This document shows positions 25,392-39,701 of a stretch of 64,000 bases of DNA, one piece after another. The notes below the pieces were generated by a model that saw only the letters and a program-made list of their open reading frames with translations, was not told the DNA's origin and did no database searches. The stretch's first letter is position 1. Each line of letters opens with the position of its first letter. Source of the DNA: Paecilomyces variotii (Eukaryota); NCBI GenBank assembly GCA_004022145.1, contig RCNU01000016.1. The stretch is one strand, 5' to 3'. Both the position numbers and the translations under genes were made by a program.

Positions 25392-26499
25392 ATCGGATGA
25401 AGGGCCGCGTAACAGGATGGCAGGACGACCATGTAACTAACGGACTAGATGCGACCCAAGATCAGAGTTATATCGGAGTAGATAGCGGACTAGGAGGTAT
25501 CAGATGCTGCAGTTGGGATACGCGGAAGATCGAACGTCATGCCGCGTAGTTTCAAAAGACCGTGATCGTAGGACTAAGAAGCTCGTTTGTAGCTTCTTCT
25601 GCGTCGAGGCGGATGCTGGTGAGCAATAAACGGTCTTATCCTGGAAAAAAAGAAAGAAAGAAACAAGAAAAGCGATAGAGTCTCCAGCTTCCAGCTGGAA
25701 TTTGGGGTCTAGTCTAGCCTCTGGGCGATCAGAAGATCAAAGAAGTGGGAGACGATGCAAGGACGAATCTCCCAGAGAGCGGGTCAGGCGATAAACGCGG
25801 GGGGTTCCAGGCAACGCGAAGACAGCCACGACGATGGAAACAGGAATGAGTGAGAGATGGCAACGCGCCAGGAGGTCGAGAGACAAAGGATAAGACGTGG
25901 CTTGGTGATGCCGTCCCCAGCGTCCAAGTGGAATGAGGTCGCGGGTGGACGAACGTTAAGCGCTCTTAGTGTGATCTTTGGCGCAAAAAGCACCAGAGCA
26001 TGCCGGAGGGAGGCGAGACATCGAGCAATATAGTTCCCAAGGAGGTTGGTTATAGCTATGAGGATTGTAAAGACTTATTCTACCTGAATTATTTGTGACT
26101 TAAAAAAAGAGACAAAGAAAAAGAAAAAGAGAAAGGCTTGCTGGAATAATAATGATTGAATCGGGGAAGATTGTAAACAAAAGTTCTGAGTACTTAGTAA
26201 ACTAGGTACCCAGGTAACTAACTAGAACGCTTAAACCGTTATCTTCACCGTACCTGGCAGTAGTGAAACCCCATCGAGAGCTGCCTGGAAGCTACTAATA
26301 TTAAATATCCCGCCTTGACCATGTCTGCCTGAACCCACGCAGACGCCATCAGTTATAAAGTCCCGCGCGTTATTATTATTTTGTGCCATTCCAACTAGAA
26401 AAGTCTCCTGGTATTAATTTTCCGGGCGTAATCCCGCCATATTTATTTCAGCATTGATCCTGTTCTAATGCCCATTGCGACTCCCATTCGGTCATTCCA

Positions 26500-27910
26500 A
26501 TGTCGTCCTCCGCCGAGCCACCAGCCCCTCGCATATTGCGTCTATCGAGGACTGATGACCCGACTGCTTACGTGCTCATCCACGTCTCCAGGTCGGGCTC
26601 AGAGCCACTGGACTTGAAATTGGTCGCGACAGAAGGAGAGGCGCCGTATGTCGGCTCAGGTGGATCAGCCCGTTATCCTTCTACGACAATCCGCTAGCGG
26701 CGTGCTAACAGCTTCACTACAGTGAGACAGTCGCGTGTGAAGAGCCTCCGGGCGAAGAATTACCAGGGTAGCGATGACGAATGGGTTCAGATTCTGAGCT
26801 ATGTTCTCAGACAATCCCCGCCCTCCGACCACGACGCTACCTGGACCACCGGCTTGGAGGTCACGGCTAGTATTCGTGGAGAGGGCGACGAAGACAAGGA
26901 GCTGGTCATTTTGATCAGAAAGAGAATCGACACCATTACAGTATGCCATCTATTCTCCAGACTTGCCTCTTTGGGTCTTGGTGAAAGCCCCGTCTAACGC
27001 ATACACCACAGCAAAGACTAGGCTCTATATCCTTGAAACAAGACGATGAACAAGCCATCGAATTGTTCGAATGGACGGCTATCACTGCATCTGCTGCAGA
27101 CACCCTTGAAACGCAGGTGGCCTCGTTGAGTGCTCGATACCGCGCTGCAGAAGACACCATCAGCAAATTGAATGCGCAGCTTGAAGAGCTGGTTCGGGCA
27201 AAGAGCGAGCATGAGGATCAATTAATCGCTAAATGCGTCCAGCTGCTAAATGAGAAGAAGCTCAAGATTCGCAACCAACAGCGCCTGCTGGCGTCTTCCA
27301 ATGTGGACCCTGGTAAAGGTGGGTGTTTTCATAGAAAAAAAAATCCTTTCCTTGTAGACAACCATCTAATGAGTCCTACCCCGTCACAGCCCATGAGCTC
27401 GAAGCTGCTGTTTCCGACGGATCCCGAAGAAGGAAAGCCGGTGCGAGTCGAGTTTCTAAAAGAAAAGTAGCAACCCCCGTCGACGCTGATAGCGACGAAG
27501 ACGGCTTCGAGAAGATGGAAGTCGACACACCAAAAGGTCGACGCCCCCCAGCCGCAGCTCCTGATGAGGAGGAAGAAGAAGAAGAAACAGATTCCGACAG
27601 ACCCTCAACGCCTCAACCGCTGGAAGACGAGGAAGAGACCGCAAGTGACGATGACATGGAGGACAATGAGGCAATTCCACCTCCAGCCGGCAAGGAGGCC
27701 AAAGTAGCAGAGGTGAATGCAGTTGGTGGGATACAAAGAAATGCCGGACCACCTGCCCTGCAGAGCCGACATACCCCTCCACCGCGAAGAGAGCTCCCTT
27801 TTAAACGAACCAGAGCGAGGGATCAACGCCAAAGTCCCCCAGCAGAGAAGCCACCTCCATCTCGTCCTTCTCCAGAAGATGATGAAGAGACAGATGATGA
27901 TGAGTTGTAG
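26500..27910 (+). CDS. xrcc4: XRCC4/Lif1-like NHEJ protein, 4 exons
   Basis: Beta-rich head (LDLKLVATEGEAPY..IRKRIDTITQRLGSISL), coiled coil ending LLNEKKLKIR (XRCC4 ligase-IV-binding region), acidic disordered tail. Confidence 0.75.
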
Positions 27911-28421
27911 TTAGCTCAAAAGCGAAAGTCACTCCCCTCTAGTCAAAACCGTGGCTCTTTATAGTAATGTCAAGCTATTCAAAACTTCAATTGCCAGCTC
28001 CTGTAGTATAGGATAATGCTGGTGCCTCTTATCCTACTGCTCCGTCGTATGGATCCGCAATAGCTCGTAGCTACGATGCCTCACAAAGGGGAAGGACAGA
28101 TGTTCACTTCAAAGGATAGATCTACAAGGGCTTGAGTTCAAATCTGTGGGCTCTTCTCGAACACCAACCACTCTTCAGGATTTCATGCTCTGACGTGTCG
28201 ATCTATATGTACAAGTCCGCCGCTTCCTACAAAGGACGGTGGCCCTAGGAAGTTTGGTCGGAGAGAGACACACTGAGACATACGCCAGGTAAAAACAAAG
28301 GAGAAATTTGTGATTGGAAACAAAAAGCGACAGGCATAAGCAATCGAGTACAGAGTGATACATAGAGAAACGCCCAAAATGAATACTGATCAATCAACAG
28401 ACTAACTACGCCGCTCGCAGT

Positions 28422-30975
28422 CTAGGCAAACGCGGCCTGGGGAGACAGTTCCCCAGGTGCCATGAAATTCGTTTCGGGGTTGCCGGTAGCCTTAGCTGCA
28501 GAGCAACGAGCCATCGTCGGAGAGCTGCATAGGATGTTAGAAAAAGAGTCCTCACAAATACTACGACCGGGTTTAACAAACCTTCTTGAGATCACATCAG
28601 TGAAGTAGAAGTCGTCAATGACCTTCTTGAAAGAAGCACCACTGGGCTTGCTGCCCTTGTTCTGGTCAACGAGCTGGACCTTGCTCAGGGAGCTGACCGA
28701 CGTCGGCTCCACCACGTCATATCGGCGGAGGACAGGGCTGATCTCCTCCATGCGGTCACGGAGCTGTTCGATGTCGTCGTAAGGAAGAGGGGCACCAAGG
28801 AATTCACTGGCAGCACGGATAATCTTCCAGTCGTCGCGGGCAGCACCGGGGAGCGAAGTAGCGGCGCGAGTCACCTGCACGCGACCCTCGGTGTTGATGT
28901 ATGTGCCAGACTTCTCGGTGTAAGCAGCACCCGGCAGGACAACGTCAGCAAACTGAGCACCACGATCACCGTGGTGGCCCTGGTAGATGACGAACGCATC
29001 CTTGGGAAGATCGCTGGCGGTGATCTCATCGGCACCAAGGAGCCAAACAATCTTAGGTGTGGTGTTGGCGACCTCGGGAGATGGCGTAGTGAAACCAACT
29101 TCATAAGCACCAGCACGGGAAGCAGCACGCTGGAGCACGTTGTAGCCCTGCCACTCGGGAGTGTTGAAGTTGGCGTGCTTCTCGATGAAGCCTCCGACGG
29201 TCTCGAAGATGGCCTTCGCATCAGGGTGCTCGGCCGCAGCGCTACCGACAATGATCATCGGGTTCTTAGCCTCAGCGAGCTTCTTGCCAAACTCTCCGGA
29301 AAGCGCAGACTTGAGCGAAGTAACGTCGTTACCAAGGTGGTCAAACTCGAAGGTGCTCTCGAAGGTCTCGCCCACCAGAGCAATCTCGACATCAGAGCGC
29401 AACCAGTGCTTGCGGATCCGAGCATTGAGAACGGCAGCTTCATGGCGGGGATTCGTGCCAACCAAGAGGACTGCATCGGCCTCTTCGATTCGGTGGATCT
29501 GGGAGTTGAACAGGTAGTTCGACCGGACGTCAACACCGTGAGCAATAGGAGAGGAGCCACCGGGCTGGTCAAGAGCGAGGTTGTCGGATCCCAGCTTGTT
29601 AGCTAGGTCCTTCATAGCGACCAGGGACTCGACCTCAACGAGGTGTCCGGCAACAGCCTTGAACTCGTTGGCGGCAGGTTGCAGGCGCTGGTAGGCCGAT
29701 TCGATCTCGGTCAGGGCCTGCTCCCAAGAAGCCGGAGCGAACTTTCCTTCTCTCCGGATCAGAGGCGTAGTCAGACGCTGGGTCTTCAATCCGTCGCATG
29801 CAAATCGGGTCTTGTCATTGATCCATTCCTCGTTGATGTCGTCGTTCAGTCTAGGCAGGATACGCATCACCTCCAGACCCCTAGAGTCGATCCTGATGTT
29901 AGAGCCAAGAGCGTCCAGAACATCGATGGACTCGGTGTGCTTCAGCTCCCAAGGACGAGCGCGGAAAGCGTAAGGCTTCGAGGTAAGGGCACCGACGGGG
30001 CACAGATCGATAACGTTGCCAGAAAGTTCGGAGTCAAGGTTCTTCTCCAGGTATGTTCCGATCTGCATGTCATTGCCTCGTCCAGTGGTTCCCAGCTCTG
30101 GGGCACCGGCGATGTCATTGGCGAATCGAACACAGCGAGTGCAGTGAATACATCTGTTCATCGAGGTCTTGATCAAGGGTCCGATGTTCTTGTCCTCCAC
30201 AGCACGCTTGCCTCCCACTTCGTGGAATCGTCCACGGTCGGCACCATATCGCATGGACTGGTCCTGGAGATCACATTCACCTCCCTGGTCACAAATGGGG
30301 CAGTCGAGGGGGTGGTTGGCCAACAAGAATTCCATAACACCTTCTCTGGCCTTGTGCGCGAGGGGGGAGTTCGTGTGGACGACCATTCCGGGCTGGACGG
30401 GCCAAGCACAAGAGGCGACAGGCTTGGGGGCGCGTTCGACTTCGACCAAGCACATACGGCCTATCTAGATGTTAGGCTTCATATAATATCCGCGAGCAAC
30501 GGTATATACTCACAATTGCCTGCAATCATCAACTTCCTGATGTATCGCGTTAGTATCCGTATCCAACATGTGCGGTTAGCGGAGAGGGGTAGCGTACTCA
30601 TGGTAGCAATATCTGTAGCCTTCAAGTTAGCATTGAGCCTTATTAGAGATATGATCATCTCCTCTCACCTCGGAATTGTCGCTCCTGCCTTCTCACAAGC
30701 TTGAATAAGGGCAGAGCCGGCTATGATGATATGTAAGCAAACGACATCAGACGACCATCCAACTTCTTCCTACCTTCTACTGAAACCTTTTTGCCATCTG
30801 TAATCAATTAGTCAATGATCTCCCACTACCGAAATATACAGCAGACTATGCTAGACGCACCAATTGTGATTTCCACTTCGGCTGCCCGAGGGGTCGTCGA
30901 CGCGAAGGTTCTGGGATAGTTGATCCTCGGAACCCGCCTCGAACGGGCGGCCGCACGAAGCAGCTGCGGCCGCAT
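28422..30975 (-). CDS. nuo78: NADH:ubiquinone oxidoreductase 75/78 kDa Fe-S subunit (NDUFS1/NuoG)
   Basis: Presequence MRPQLLRAAARSRR..; Fe-S motifs RYCYHE..GNCRMCLVE, HPLDCPICDQGGECDLQD, RCIHCTRCVRF, CPVGAL; several short 5' exons. Confidence 0.97.
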
Positions 30976-31927
30976 GATGGAGAGGGCAGTAATTAGGACA
31001 GGAGGAAATACTGCGACAGGAGAGGCAGAGAGAAGGGCGGGGGGAACAAGGGCAGAGGATGGAGTAGCTGTTGTTCGCGGTCGAAGTACTTTTGACCTCA
31101 CTCGGATTCTCTGCCAAGACCCTCGTCGGGATGGCGTCTCAAATCACCGGCTTCAGATTGGTTCGGCAGCGCGGAGCATTCTTTTCTCCGTCCCGCTGAT
31201 TAACAACCACTCAATTTTCTTCTTTTTTTCCCCCCTCTCTTTTTTCCCTTTCTTCTTTTATTAAATATAATACTCATTACGGGCGTGATTATTGTAGGTG
31301 GTAGTGCATCCTTCTCAGTTGAGGATTGATCTCTTCCTCCTCTGCTACACAGTCCCAGAACAAGTTTCTTTTTGGCGCCGTAGCTGGAGCGACTGAGGGC
31401 AGAAGATTCTGTCTGATTACGGTTCCGTTCCTTACCGACGGTCGCTACAATTCTGCATTATTATTCTCACCAATGCAGGTCGTAAAGATTGTTCTGGATG
31501 ATATTATTACAGACGAACTTTTCCTTCCTTTCTTTCCGTATTTATGTCCCTACAACTGGAGACTCTTCGTTGCTCATTGTCGCTGTTGAATCGCACAATA
31601 ATAATGAGTTTACGCTACGACGATATGGGGACCCTATGTACTCCGTATCCGATATCAACCGCCCTGAATGATATCAGGTCCGCAAGATGATCATCTAATA
31701 GGTGCGCATTCGCATGTATGGTATGGTCAACATAAGATGTCATTACCAAATTCCTTATCTAGATTGGACACAAAACGATCAAAGGCGCTTTTAATGCTCT
31801 GATCAGGCGACATGACATCAGACATGTCTTCCCCGTGGGGTCTGTAGAGTACATTCTTCAACGCCATTCAAATAAATATATCATGATCCGAATATGGTAC
31901 ATAAAGAGACGCAAGGCCTGCAAAAGA

Positions 31928-33642
31928 TCATCTCGAAGACCCTGCGTCACCGGGTTGCCATGTCGACTCTTGCCTAGTTCCAGGCGGTAACCACGTGTGT
32001 GAGGTGCTTCTATCTCTTGTTGGCCCCGGTCCATCATCTTCCTTCCTCTGGTCAGCAACCGCCGCACTGAAGCCTTCAGGACGACGATTTTCGCCAATCT
32101 TGGCGGGAGGGAACCCGTATCCATGTGAGTCTCGCGGTTTGCTGGGAGTGCCAATGTTCAGAGGCAGAACAGAGTCCTTGGATCGGAAATGGTCCGCATT
32201 CGCCCGACGATCAGCAACATCATCATGACTGTTGCGATCATAGAGATATAGCCCGAGAAAGGTGAGTGCGATACCAAGCGCCTGAATAGGTGTTGTGCGA
32301 CTTCCAAACCACACGATCGCAACCACTATCACGAAAACACGTTTGATGAGAGAGGCAACTGAATAGGACACCGGAGAGATCATGGACAACAGAACAAACG
32401 CTAGGATGTTCTGGGCAAAATGAGATATGCCGTTGAAAACGAACTCGACAAAGAGGGCTCCATGGTCCAGTGCGCCTCTCTTTCCTGACAGCTCAACCGC
32501 ACCGTCTTGGAAGAAGTCTTTGATCAGAGAATACCCTTCGCTGACAAACCAGATAGGCACGGTCAGTATGAATGCAAGCGCTGAGCAGTAGCATAATAGG
32601 TTTAGCTTGTCTAGTTTACGCGCTCCAGACTGGCCGTCTTGTTCCGCACGGGCTGCCTCATTAAAGAGCTTCTTGGAGAAAATATTCTGAGAGACGAATA
32701 CTATTGCAGCTAGGAAGGCGCACAGGATGCCGAAGAAATTGGTGGAGAAACCGGTCGAGCAGGCGAGCATCACACCGAGAGTTAAGGGAATCAAGGACAT
32801 GTAAGTTGCCCTTGCGTATCGAATACGGAACACAAACCGATATGCCAGCACGGTAAAGAGAGGCGACAATCCTTTGATTGTGTGGACGAGAGATACTGGA
32901 ATCTTGGATGTGGCCATGGAACTGAGGATATGACCAGCCAGCTGGAATATCGCCAGGGGCAACGCCGTCATAATCACCTCCCTCGATGGGCGACGGATGC
33001 CGTGCTTGAGGGCCGGCACTGCTCGTTTGAGTGATGGGAATAATCTCGACATGTATACGAGCAGTAAGCACCACATTGAGACGAAAGCGAACTGAACGAT
33101 AGTAAGAGTTATCGGCTTTGGAAGCGCGTTGAGAATTGATTTAGACGACGTATTCGTCAGGGCCGAAGTCATATACCAGATAAGACATAGTACCTGGGAG
33201 CTCAAGCTGGTAAGCCAAGATGCCGGGAATGAAAACGGACGTCACAACAGGGACGCTGCCTTACAATGAGTCTGACCGACACTGGAGCCCTGAGCGCCTC
33301 CGCCAGCTCGTGCGCATTGGCGCTCACGCCACCATTCCCAGTTCTAATGGTGGTCAACGCCTCGTTTATACTCTTTCTCGGTCGATGTTTCGATCCTCTT
33401 GGCCCCGCAGCATGCGCCCAAGGAGGATTGCCTCCTCTGCGCGGCTGCCAGGTATCGTTCGCCGCATATTGAAGGGAAGGAAGCCCTTTATCTGTTAAGG
33501 CCTCATGCGAATCATCATGGAAGTCTGGGAATTTATCGACGGGGCTCGGCATCGAATGCGCGCTTGATGTCTGTATTACGGGTGGTTGTGTCTGCCGAAT
33601 TGATGCTCGCCGCTGCGTACCGGTCACTGTGGTCGTGCTCAT
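31928..33642 (-). CDS. sly41: Triose-phosphate/nucleotide-sugar transporter family protein (Sly41-like), 2 exons
   Basis: WYMTSALTNTSSKSIL, IPVSLVHTIKGLSPLFTV, QNIFSKKL, SPVSYSVASLIKRVFVI; multiple hydrophobic segments. Confidence 0.82.
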
Positions 33643-35785
33643 AGTCCCAGGCCTAAGTTACGGGCTACTGGATATGTCAGTATCGTCTTGAGACATCGTA
33701 CGACCCTCCGCGGGGGAGACCATACCGGAAATCGAGAGGCAATTTCTTCGGCGGAATCTCCAATATGCACCCTACCACGGCGCAATTGGGAATCGAAATG
33801 AAACCTTTGCAAGTCGTTCACAGTAAAGAGCGTCTATACAGATTGAACATCGGTACGGAAGGTGTAGCAGCCGAGACACTGGACTCGGCAAGGAACAGGT
33901 AACGAATGGACGTGTTGAACTAGCACTGCATTGTCTGGGATCGCGAGTCGATACATAAACTGGGGATCGATCGCCTGGTCTAGTTACCAACTCGATTTGA
34001 CATCCGGCGTGGGCAGCGACAGTGCTTTCGTTTGGTGGTAATATGTAGTTTCGGAAAACGTGGAAGGATTGGTTCCGTTGGTATCGAGTCGTCGTCAGCG
34101 TCCGTTTTAAGAGGCTGAAGTACTCGGCAGCGGGAAGCCACAGTGAAATCACGTGTTTGACATCTTCGCCCGTGGACAATAATAATAATAATGATATCGA
34201 AGTACAGCTTCATCCTTCATCTGGAAAATATACGGCGTACTCTTATAAGTTATTATTGGCAGGCACTCGAGCTGATTAAGGGACTACTATCAAATTTAGT
34301 TACCGTGTTAGGGAACACTCTCTCCGTTTGAACGTCGATGTCGTCGAAATCGATTCTGGGCGCAAGCTAAAGAGCTTAGCCTTTGTTAGATTAGAGGCGA
34401 CAGGTGGGATCTTTCTCTAACCAATCACAGATATGCCTATCATCCACGTTCCAGCCCTTTCGGGGATTCATCTTTTCTCCTCGACTATGGGGACAAAGGC
34501 GGCTCCTTACGTGGATCTACGATTCCCCGGTCTTTCACTTCAAGATATACGCAATGGCACACAGTTGCCTAACTTCGATGACCTTTGTGTGTTCGTAATA
34601 CTGTCCTATTTCAGTGGACGTGGCGGTATTATCGCTTGTCTATCCCATGGCAAGAGAGGTTGGGTGTGATATATGTCCTCGTAACTCTTCTGTTAAATAA
34701 AACGCTACTCCAACGAACCCCATGTTGGTTCCTACGACTAACCGCTCTTATATTCGACCGATATCTGAAATGACATTGCACAATGATTGGGTCATGTCAT
34801 TGTTCTGGGGCTACTGGTTTCATCAGAACATGTTCCTTATACAGAGAGTAAGAATTACGGCCACCACACCTTTTGATAGCTCTTATTTACTTCCGCATGA
34901 CAAAGTTCTACTCTCTCTCTATTCCCAAGAGACCGAGAAACTTGCCAATTCATATATGCTTTCTAATGATTACATGTCTAGCAAGAGATGACTATAAGAG
35001 CTGCTGATAATTCTTTTTGTGATGATGTTCTGCTCAGAGCGATGTTTCATTGCATCATTGAAATGAAAGTCTTGTTCAGTGCTCTCTACTCTATCCGGTA
35101 GCAAGCCTGCGCATAGGACCCTGATCTACTTGTTTTACTATGGCGATTCGTTCCTGTAGCTTCACGAGACACTAGCCTACAAAGCTGTGAGCTCAAACAA
35201 CTTGTTGTACTTTGTCTTGCATCTTCTATTTCATCCTTCAGGATGTGAGAGTGCCCAAGGGCTGTATCTCGAGATCCTCCGGTCCACAGGTTCTTTCCAG
35301 GTTCAGGTTGTTGATGCTCCTTCCTCTTTGGGACAGTGGTGTTATAGGAACATCGCTCCCTCCTCCTCCTTCTCATCCTCCTCCCCCTCTTGTCTCTGTT
35401 GACGCTTCTCAATTCTTTCTATCCACCGTCCAGCCTTCCATTCCTACGCTCGTTCTAAGCTTCCTTCCCGACTCGTGTTGAGTTCTTTGAGTATCTATCT
35501 GGCTTGCCAGATCATTGCATCTTTTCAATTCTACTTTCTACTATCTACCTGCATATCTCTCAGCTTTGCTTCTGAATCTCGTAATCTTTCAGTGCCTGGT
35601 ACTAGCACTCTTGTTCAAGCTTCTTCTTTGGTCTTTGATTTCAGCACGTCTAGCCCGCTGGGCGTGCAGGTGACCAACACACATTGTTGCAGCTTCCTTT
35701 CATCTGGTACTCTATACTGTTTTTCTCGGCGCTCGTATTTTTTGAAGCCTTCTCGCAGTTACCAAACAGTGTTCATCGGGTTGAA

Positions 35786-38735
35786 ATGTCGCTCCCATTT
35801 GGACCAGCAGCGGGATCTGACAACAAGGGCCGTGGTCATCTTTCAATTCCCTATGAGGGCAGCTCTGAAGGCCTTGCAGTTACTTTGGCTCGTGTGGCTA
35901 CGGTACGTCCATCTCTCGACGCGTTTTGATTTTTGTGTCTTCCATTTTGTTTTCATAGACACCCAGAATATCAGCTTTCTGACGATTATTCAATCCCTAA
36001 GCAGGAAGATCCAAACATGTCTAGCTGTCTTCCTGCAGTCCCAAAGCCTGGGAAATCTGGAAACAACCAGTCCCGCGTGAGCAACGGCGAAGATGTGCCG
36101 TCGAGCAAGGTCAGACCATCTCACTCTTTTGTAGATGACTTCTTGATTCACAGTCATAGAAGCAGAAGCTAGAACACTCCTCTACCATGTCATCCGCTGA
36201 ACATCACACATCCGAGATGGAGAGACTTCTCGCCAAGCTTTCCCCTAAGCCTCAGTCGATCCTTGAGAAGACTACTAAGGACACTATCGCCGAAACTTTG
36301 GAGCGCCAGGTGTCTTTGGAGAGACAGGAGCTGCTTCATGGCAGGGTCAATACTCCTTCCGCTGTCCAGGGAGAAGACGATGGTTCTTCTGGTGCATCGC
36401 TCCGGACTCCTGCCACTGAACCTTTCACGGTCCCTAGCAGCGCAGATATGACAAAGCGAGACCATGAGAGAGTAGATACCATTGAAATGCTCCGCCTGAA
36501 GCAGGAGTTACTCGCTGCCAACTCACGTATCGCGCTTCAGGAACAAGAATTGGCGCAGACACGCGTCATAAAGCATACCCTTGACCAAGCACTTGGACCG
36601 CCTTCAGAGGCTGACTTTAACGGCCGTGACATTACGGAGCAAACTCTTAGCAACCTCCAAAGTGCGTTCAATGCCTCTACTCGGTCTGTCAGCCAACGCG
36701 CGGAGTCATGGGTTGGCCAAGATGATTCGCGCTCTGATATATCCGATGCACTATCTGCTGGTGCATATAACAGAACCCGCGGTTTTTGGACTACCCCTCA
36801 ACAGGTATTTGGGGCTAACCTTCCAGCTTCGAATGACAAGAACTATCGCGAGTTTCCTTCCATGCCTGGTAACTCCGGAGCTCAGGAGCACAGTCGTGAT
36901 TGGGACAGCAACGTTGGCACACCGTGCCATCCTGGCCAGGGTCCATACCAGGCTCATCGAGTACTCTCAGGTCCTTCTTCTAATGCGGGATTTAGCTTTG
37001 ATGGACGGTACTCCGGTGAGCAAACGGTGTACTTACAAAGTCCTAACCTTGGACCTCGTCGCTCTTTCACCCAAGTGAACCGTGGTGGCTCCTGCTTTCC
37101 TCCACAGAATTCGCCTTGGGGCACTTTTCCTGCTGGAGTTCCGAACAATATCGGTAGCAGACCAGCACCAAACCAGCACATTGGGGCTTACCAGCAGGTT
37201 GGGATGTTCCCTGTCCTGCCGTACCAGCCCCGTCCCATTGGGACTCCGCTTTCACCAACTGCTGCAGAATTCACTTCGGCCAATGGAAATGTTGCTCCCT
37301 GGGCAGGATCAGCGGTAAGTACCAGATATCCTAACGCAATTTTAAAACAAATCTGACATATTTAAGGTTGGGACAAACTCTTCCCAGACATATATCTCAC
37401 CACTTGAGCCATTGAACTATCGCCGTCTCCTGGACAAAAATGTCTCGTGTGATTGGAAATACATCGTCGACAAGATTGTATGCGGAAACGACCAGCAAGC
37501 CTCTATATTTCTCCAACAGAAGCTCAAGGTTGGCACTGCTGAGCAGAAGTACGAGATAATCGAAGCGATAGTGAGTCAAGCTTATCCTCTCATGGTGAAC
37601 CGGTTCGGGAACTTCTTGGTCCAGCGCTGTTTCGAGCATGGAACGCCTGAGCAAGTTGTCGCTATCGCAAACGCGATCAGAGGCAATACATTAAGCCTCA
37701 GTATGGATCCTTTTGGTTGCCATGTGATCCAAAAGGCTTTTGATTGTGTCCCTGAGGAACACAAAGCTGTGATGGTCCATGAACTTTTGCGTCGGATTCC
37801 GGAGACAGTTATTCACCGTTACGCTTGCCATGTTTGGCAGAAGCTCTTCGAGTTGCGTTGGAGCAATGAGCCTCCACAGATTATGGCGAAAGTTAACGAG
37901 GCCCTACGAGGAATGTGGCATGAGGTGGCATTGGGCGAGACTGGAAGTCTCGTAGTACAGAATATCTTTGAGAATTGTGTCGAAGATGAGAAGGTAATTG
38001 TCGAAAACTTGCGGTAATTTTGACCAAAGACTAAACTATGATAAAGCGCCCAGCAATCGAAGAAGTCCTGGCGAAGATCGATCTTCTCTCTCATGGCCAG
38101 TTTGGTAACTGGTGTATACAACACATCTGTGAACATGGCGCTCCCCACGACAAGAGTCGGGCTATTGAACACATTCTTCTCTGGGCAACTGATTACAGCA
38201 TGGATCAGTTTGCTTCTAAAGTCGTGGAAAAGTGTCTGAAGATCGGCGGTAGCGAGTTCCTTGACCGGTACCTTGCTCGCGTCTGCACCGGGCGTCCGGA
38301 CCGCCCTCGTATGCCGCTAATTGACAGTAGGTTCTGGGAAAAAAAAAGGATATCTTGATGCTGATTGTGCATAGTCGCGGGAGACCAATACGGAAACTAC
38401 TTGATTCAATGGATCCTGATGAATGCAGCTCCTCATCAGCGCGAATTGGTTGCTACTCACATCAGGTATAGGTAGTACGCATACTTTCAAGATATATTTG
38501 TTAACCTATTGCCTACAGAAAACATATGGTTTCCCTTCGCGGTTCTAAGTTTGGCTCAAGAGTCGCCATGCTCTGCTGCAACCCTTCTCACACAACGCGT
38601 CCTGGCCCAGGTGCTGGCGTCCAATTGAGCCGTTTTGGCAACCCGAACGACGAGCGCTACCCCGTGGCATCTCAAATTGGTGGTCGATTCAACCGCGGTA
38701 ACCAGTGGAATACTGGATATCCTCCTTTCCGTTAA
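35786..38735 (+). CDS. Pumilio/PUF-family RNA-binding protein, multi-exon
   Basis: C-terminal PUF repeats: DQQASIFLQQKL, NRFGNFLVQRCFE, DPFGCHVIQKAFD, HRYACHVWQKLFE, GQFGNWCIQHICE, DQFASKVVEKCL, DQYGNYLIQWIL. Start codon and N-terminal exons less certain. Confidence 0.88.
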
Positions 38736-39701
38736 CTGAACCAACTGACAATGGAATCGTGACGATCTCCTGTGATCGGATTACCAGAAGTGGATGACAG
38801 CATCCGCGCTAAAATCAAAAAATGTCAACAACTACTTGTTCGAATACACATTTGAATATAATATGCTCTTTCTAGGAGTCAGATGCGTGGGTTATGTCTT
38901 TGGTTCAAGGGCGTCTACCGTCAGCAAAAGTCCTGCCTTGGCTGATGAACGCCAAAGCACAAACGAATCAGTCTCATCGTTTGAACTTTACGCCTGTTTA
39001 CTACTACGGTACGACATATCTATTTCTAATTCTTTCGGCTGCAGTGTCAGCTAACGACCGTCACTCTAAGTTGTCATATCTCTGAAGATGGTCACATTCT
39101 AAAGCAGCCCAAAGACATAATTTGTATGGATCGTTATCTCCGGGGCTTTGGTTTACCGAGAGAGAAAAAGCAAGAGGTGCCCCTGGTTAAGCATGCTTCT
39201 CTCGTGGCAATTGTCTCCTTTCATATGAGTGCTCTTGTTCCCTTGTCAGCAGTAATATTACTGGTGTACCTGCTTTCATTCACAACTATTTTCTATCTCA
39301 GGAGGGATCTCCCTCAAATGTTTGATTACTTTTCCTGTCACTCTTTTCACATTCATTTTCTTACTTGTCCGGAGGCGCAGGAACCGGTGGCGGTGGCTTA
39401 AAGCTCACCTTTCTTGCTCATACTACCAAAACATCCTGTATGTTATCGAATCCTTCTTTCTCTAGGAATATCAGTTCATATGTTATTGATACACCCGAGC
39501 AGTCTGTGAGGCACGAGCGCTTGATTCAAGAAGTAGAGAAGGATCATGAAATAGAGGCTGCAATAGTATATCCTGCTGCATCAACATGGTAGTCACGCAG
39601 GTCAAAGGAGGACTGATCGGGAAGACCTACGGGGCTGGCGTGACTGTCAGCAGCAGGCAGCATGGGGCTTGGATCAGATGCTTGTCGATGTCCTTTATTG
39701 T

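Noticed and set aside
28871-30704. Long antisense/alternate-frame ORFs over nuo78 (similar ones over ypt1, pmp47, the WW gene and the acyl-CoA synthetase)
   Set aside because: Expected shadows of strongly biased codon usage; no recognisable motifs.
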